Below, piece by piece: positions 57,745 to 64,000 of a DNA stretch of 64,000 bases (the stretch's first letter is position 1; each line of letters starts with the position of its first letter). A program made the translations under genes and the position numbers. Below the pieces are notes generated by a model. It ran no database searches and was not told the origin of the DNA. It was given only the letters and a program-made list of their open reading frames with translations. The DNA lies in assembly GCF_009914755.1 (NCBI RefSeq), contig NC_060941.1. One strand, written 5' to 3'. The DNA is from the human T2T-CHM13v2.0 reference genome, Homo sapiens.

Positions 57745-58556
57745 TGATACAGGAAGGGGGCAGGGAAGTGCTGGGTAGAGAAGGGTGGGGTCCTTGGTGA
57801 GGGTTCTACCCTCGGGCCTAAGCCCATGGACCTAAGTGAGAACAGGCACTCTTGTTTTTGAACCCAAATATTGCATTTTTCAAGACCACTCTGGCCCACC
57901 ATGCCCCCCATCCTGTGCCCATAAAAATCCGAGACCATAGCAGGCATTGACACAAGTGGCTGGACATTGGGAGGTGCACAATGTCCAGAACACACTGACA
58001 GACACCAGTAGACACCAGCAAGCCATCGATGGTGGAACAACGTGGATGCCAAGGGGTATTTGGCCAGGGACGGTCAGAGGTGAGTCTGGCTGCTGGGTGG
58101 ACGAAGTCCAGGGGAAGACCACCTTCCCACTCCATTCCCCTTTCTAGCTCCCCATCCACCTTACTGAGAGCTGCTTTCACCACTCAGTAAAACCTTGCAC
58201 TTATTCTCCAAGCCCACGAGTGATCCAATTTTTCCTGTACACTAAGGCAAGAACCCAGGATACAGAAAGCCCTCTGTCCTTGCAATAAGGCAGAAGGTCT
58301 AATTGAGCTGATTAACACAAGCCACCTGCAGGTGGCAAAGCTGAAGGAGCACAATGTAACACATGTCCACTGGGGCTTTGGGAGCTGTAAACACTCAACC
58401 CTAGATGCTGCTGTGGGGTTGGAGCCCCAAAACACACCCCACGACCTGCCCATCTTCATGCTTCCCCTAGGGGTTTGAGCAGCAGGGCACTGAAGAAGTG
58501 AGCCACACTCCTGTTTCATGCCCTGCAAGGGGGATAAAGAAACTTCTCCCGTTTCA
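57745..58556 (+). mobile_element. LTR1-family ERV1 LTR (different subfamily from 53497-54316)
   Basis: tgatacaggaagggggcagggaagtgctgggtagagaaggg...aacttctcccgtttca. Confidence 0.85.
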
Positions 58557-59376
58557 GTGGTGTCTAACTTGGTGGTAACTATCATACAAGACTCACACAG
58601 TGGCGCCTTGATGCAGGTTGATTCTTGCATCAATTTGAGCAGATTGGCTGAATCAGCACAGGAGATCAGAAGGAGGGAACAGGCTGCTGGACAAGCACAA
58701 GGGAGAAGTTGCCTTGCTCCTCTGGAGGGTCATTCAGGTGTGGGCGATATGATCCTTCAGCATCATGGTCTGCAGACACTTGTAGGAGAGGATGCCCGAA
58801 ACCTTTCATCATAAAAGAAAGAATAAAAGTCAACATTTCCATGAGTTTCTGGATTGTGTTAATGTTAAAGAATCCTATGTCAGTCATTCTTATGCAGATC
58901 AGGAAACCCATCTAAATCCCCTGTGTTTGTGGCTCTTGGATTTAAGTTATTTTATTTGAAGATCCTAACTCACTTCTAAGAGGCTTGTGTACCCACAACA
59001 TCCTGAATGTTAAATATATAGTAGTGTGTTGGCTGTGATTCATTCCAATGACAACCCATTTAATTTGATGGCTAAGATATATGTATAGAAACGGAAAAGA
59101 GCCTTATGCTGATGTTATCTATTTAAGACGGATGGCGATTGCTTGTGTCCAGCAGCCAAAGAAAGACATAAATCAATAATACATTTTAATCTTACCTTTG
59201 TCTATATCATTTAATAAACATTTATTGGTACTGACTATGAACTAGGTTCTGGGAGAAACAAACGTAAAATATAATCCTCGCCCTCAAGAAACACTCAGTG
59301 TAGCTAGAAAAACAGACGTGTAAATAAATAATTAGAATATCATGTAAAAAGGGTTTATTTTAAAAATGCAAACAAA

Positions 59377-59708
<332 letters not shown>

Positions 59709-59865
59709 TCAGGGAAAATACTGTTTTTTTCTGAACATAAAGATGCTTAAACTGAGTCCTGTAAGATGAGTAGAGGAAACAAGATGTGCTAAGGAAGGAC
59801 TAGAAAGACCAAGATGTGTTTAGGGAGCTTTAAGTAATTAGGAAAGGCGAGGCAGCAAGAATGTT

Positions 59866-60024
59866 TGACATGGATGTGGCATCTCATGGCTGTAACCCTA
59901 GCGACTCGGGAGGCTGAGGTGGGAAGATCACTTGAGGCCAGGAGTTTGAGACCAGCCTGGGCAACATAGGGAGACCCCCATCTCCAAAGCAGAAACGGAA
60001 CCAAAACCCCCCAAAACAAAAACA
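59866..60024 (+). mobile_element. FLAM_A-like Alu monomer
   Basis: gcgactcgggaggctgaggtgggaagatcacttgaggccaggagtttgagaccagcctgggcaacatag. Confidence 0.75.
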
Positions 60025-60919
60025 GAATGTTACAGACAGAGAGAATGTGTGAGAGATAGAAAGAGATTAAGGAGAGCAACTGTGTACGTGTGGCTCACGG
60101 TGGTAAAAGTGAGAGAGTAAAGCAGATATTGAAGCCAGAGAGATGAGCAGAAGACCCTTAAAAACCATATTACAGAATTTGGACTTTATCCTTTCAAGAG
60201 GTTTTAAGTATGGAGGTTATATAATCAGATTTACTACTTAGAAAGATCCTTTGAGAAGTAATGTGGAGGTCCGCTTAGAGACAAGAGCTCAGGAACTAAG
60301 ATTGTGGTTGCAAGAAGAAGGTGAGATCAAATTGACCTGATATGCAAATCGACTGAATACAAGGAACATTCATGAAGCTGAGGAAGGAATCGTAGGCTGA
60401 CACCAAGGTTGTAGGCATGGGAGGGTGGGTGGGTGAATGATGAGAACATTGACTAAGCTAGGACATAGATAAGGAGGAGCAGGGCTAGAGTGGGCAGAAG
60501 ACATAAGGCATCCATAATTTGGAACATGGTGGAAAATGAAGAAATTTCTTCTCCAACAGAGATTGTGATTTTTCTCATCTAGGTTCAGGACTCCTTCGCT
60601 CATTTCTGTATTCCTCTAGTTTGGGTCCTAAGTTATTCTATTTAGACATACGTCTTTTGATTTCTGGTTTACTTGTCCTATCACAGATACTCCTTAGTTC
60701 TCACTATTTCTGATACTGAGTCCCACAAGGGAAGTGATGATAATTTCCTCTGCAGGTGGTCAGTCAGTAATCCATTTGAGGTCACTGTCGAGAAACACAG
60801 CATCAATGATCAATTAGATGCTCTAGTGTTGTAGAGCTAAGTGTCAGTCTTCCAGAATAGTAAATAAATGAACACACACATACACACATGTAGGCTTTGG
60901 AACTGAATCCATCCATCTC

Positions 60920-61450
60920 TCCATCTGTTTCAATAAACGTTTATTGAATACCTACAACATGTCATTATTTTAGACACTTGGGAATTGTGAGGGCTACAAG
61001 AAAAAGTAAACAAATGAAGAAATAATATACTTTTAAGAATAAACCAGGGTAGTAGGCCATAGAAATGGGAGGTCAGTTTTAGATAGATGGTAAACTAGCC
61101 ACCCGTGCAAAGATTTAGAATCTAAATTTAGAACAATATAAGCCCCAAAATTTGTGTATCCAAGGTCAGCAGGATTGGAGCACAGAGAGCAAGAGAAAGA
61201 GAACAGGAGGAAAAGGGGTCAGAGGTGGGATCAGATCCTGTGGCCCTTGTAGGTCAAGAGAAAGAGTTTAGATTTTACATCAAGAATGAAGGGGAGCCAC
61301 TGGTAGATTCTGGTGGCAGAGCAACGTGACCTGATTTAGGACTTGAAAGTCTCATTCTAGTTATTGGTCAGAGAAAGGGCCCAAGGCAACAAGGGCGGAA
61401 TTAGGGAGACCAGGTGGGAGACAACTGGAAAGATGAGATAGTTCTTGGCT
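60920..61450 (-). mobile_element. L2 fragment
   Basis: ttcaataaacgtttattgaatacctac; gagtttagattttacatcaagaatgaaggggagccactgg. Confidence 0.65.
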
Positions 61451-61652
61451 GAGTGTTTCCAGTTAGAGAAATGCAAAGTGAGGTCATCAATTGGGAGAGA
61501 GCTACCAGTACACTTGACATCATGAAAAGTCATGATATTTCAAACTATGATTAATATTATGATAATGAAAGCAAAATGCAACATTTATCAAATGTGTTTC
61601 ATGTGACTTTGCTCCTCTCTACAGGAAGGTTAGGACATGGATTAGCTTTTCT

Positions 61653-62337
61653 TTTTTTAAATTTATTTTTATTTTTAAGTTCCCGGGTGCGTGTGCAGGA
61701 TGTGCAGGTTTGTTACATAGGTAAACGTGTGCACTAGTGGTCTGCTGCACCTATCAACCCATCACCTAGGTATTAAGCCCAGCTTGCATTAGCTATTTTT
61801 CCTAATGCTCTCCCTCCCCACATCCCACTCCCTGACAGGCCCCAGTGTGTGTTGTTCTCCTCCTCATGTCCATGTGATCTCATGTGCAGCTCCCACTGTG
61901 AGAACATGCGGTGCTTGGTTTTCTGTTCCTGCGTTAGTTTGCTGAGGATAAAGGCTTCCAGTTCCATCCACGTCCCTGCAAAGGACATGATCTTGTTTCT
62001 TTTCATGGCTGCATAGTATTCCATGGTGTATATGTACCATATTTTCTTTATCCAGTCTATCATTGATGGGCATTTGGGTTGATTCCATGTCTTTGCTATT
62101 GTGAATAGTGCTGCAATGAACATACATGTGCATGTATCTTTGTAATAGAATGATTTCTATTCCTTTGGGTATATGCCCAGTAATTGGATTTCCAGGTCAA
62201 ATGGTATTTCTGGTTCTAGGTCTTTGAGGAATCACCACACTGTCTTTCCACACTGGTTGAACTACTTTACATTACCATCAACAGTGTAAACGTGCTCCTA
62301 TTTCTCTGCAACCTCACCAGCATCTGTTGTTTCTTGA
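61653..62337 (-). mobile_element. L1PA (PA8-PA10-like) 3' end, 5'-truncated
   Basis: ORF2 C-terminus MFIAALFTIAKTWNQPKCPS..., 3'UTR and A-tail; 15-bp TSD tggattagcttttct at 61638-61652 and 62339-62353. Confidence 0.95.
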
Positions 62338-62974
62338 GTGGATTAGCTTTTCTAAAGCTACCCTTCCAGTTGGTGGCACAGCTAGAACCAGAATGCTGGC
62401 CTCCTTGCTGTCAAAGCTGAGCCTCTGCAAGCTGCTTCTCATCAGCCAGTGAGTTCACATGCTGCGTTTCCAAGTGAAATTTAGGACTTTTTTTTTTAAT
62501 TGTAAAGTTTGTTAACTGTGGAATCTCTTTCAACGGTGTATTTCTACTTTCTGAGGTTAAAGAAGGCAGATTCTTTCCTGTGACACTTGTTTGTTCTTCA
62601 TCACCATTTTAATTTGCATTAGAATGTACATACACTCAAGGATAATCTTAAACTCAGTAAGGGATCTTCAGCAGATGAACAGAAATGGAGAGCTTGAGGG
62701 GGCATCTGGGAATATAACATAATAGAAATACGACTCTCTCATTTGGAATCAGCAGTACTCTGAGGGCTCTGACTGCTGGAGTTAACTGTGTCTACGCCTC
62801 AAACAGGAAAACAAGCCCATGAGGGCTTAAGAAGGGAAGGTTACTGAGTTTTTCTGCTCTGTTTAGAACTCCTGGCCCTCCTCCCTTCTAGCAGAAGATC
62901 GTCCCAGCCTGAAGTGAGGCTAAGAACCACTGTAAAACCACTTAGACCATATATTTACTTTCAGAATTAGGTGA

Positions 62975-62982
62975 TGACGTCA
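62975..62982. promoter_or_regulatory. Full palindromic CRE (TGACGTCA) in a CpG-retaining patch
   Basis: Exact motif; function inferred only from surrounding CpG density. Confidence 0.3.
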
Positions 62983-63194
62983 GTCCATGCTTCGGAAATA
63001 GTTGTTTGCGAGGGAAGACGGCTCAACCAGCAAACACCTAAAGGTACTGACGATCGTACTCATTCAACCAGTCCGTACCCCGACCCATTACAAATGCAAC
63101 CCAAGAAATGTTGAAATTATGTTTTCTCTCTTCCTCTCCAGGGCTTTTGAAACTCTCTAAATACAAGTTTTTAGAAACGACGAGGCATTGAAAA

Positions 63195-63380
63195 CTTACC
63201 ACATGACCTTGTGCAAGTTGCTTAACACCACTAAGCCGCCCTGTCTTCTCAGTTTTAATCGGGGATAATATTGCATCCTCTTAAAGAGTTTTTTTGAGAG
63301 GATTTGATGAGAAACTATGTAAGTCACTTAGTATGCTGCCTGGAATGTAGCAAGAACTTGATCAATGATAAACTATTATG
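63195..63380 (+). mobile_element. MIR fragment
   Basis: atgaccttgtgcaagttgcttaac...ggggataata...gaggatttgatgagaaactatgtaag. Confidence 0.65.
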
Positions 63381-63457
63381 GAAGTTTTTTTGTTTTATTT
63401 TTTTTAATCTTTATCAATTAGTTGTGATTCTTTGATCCTGTACCCTTCAACTTCTTT

Positions 63458-63758
<301 letters not shown>

Positions 63759-64000
63759 ACCCTTCAACTTCTTTAAAAAGTCATGTTGGTTTGGTTTCAT
63801 TTCAAACTATTCTATCCCTCTTTAAAGGTATTTGAATGTAGAACATTGTTAAGAAAATGAACGAGGATCTTTTCTACATGAGCGCCATATTCTAACAAAC
63901 TTATCAAACTGCACTGGTGTTATGTGTGATAAGCCACAAGTCTGGGAATCCTGGCACTAGAGCTGTCCAAGGGCTGCTGCTGCTGGTATAAGCAGCTGTG

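Noticed and set aside
58557-58575. Possible primer-binding site after the LTR (gtggtgtctaac)
   Set aside because: No recognisable 18-nt tRNA complement and no ERV internal sequence follows

Overview
This is primate (very probably human) non-coding genomic DNA, either intergenic or deep intronic. It is dominated by interspersed repeats: about 16 Alu and 2 FLAM elements, many MIR/L2/L3 fragments, old and mid-age L1 fragments, about 13 solo or partial LTRs (MaLR MST/MLT1/THE1, ERVL MLT2 and MER54/74-group, ERV1 LTR8/MER50/LTR1-like), hAT and Tigger DNA-transposon fossils, and simple repeats. No protein-coding exon, RNA gene or CRISPR array is supportable: the listed ORFs are Alu/L1/LTR/microsatellite read-throughs or chance. 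Family and subfamily names come from my recollection of consensus sequences, not from a search, and boundaries without a TSD are approximate. The most unusual signal is a set of short (32-79 bp) locally templated insertions, copied from 0.7-2.2 kb away, some inverted and joined by fold-back micro-repeats, at 24.0 kb, 41.8 kb, 42.3 kb and 48.5 kb. These look like fossil template-switch or Pol-theta-type repair scars. Also notable are an AT-rich 53-bp palindrome at 17.4 kb and a CpG-retaining patch with a CRE site at about 63 kb. I found no evidence for a new gene system.
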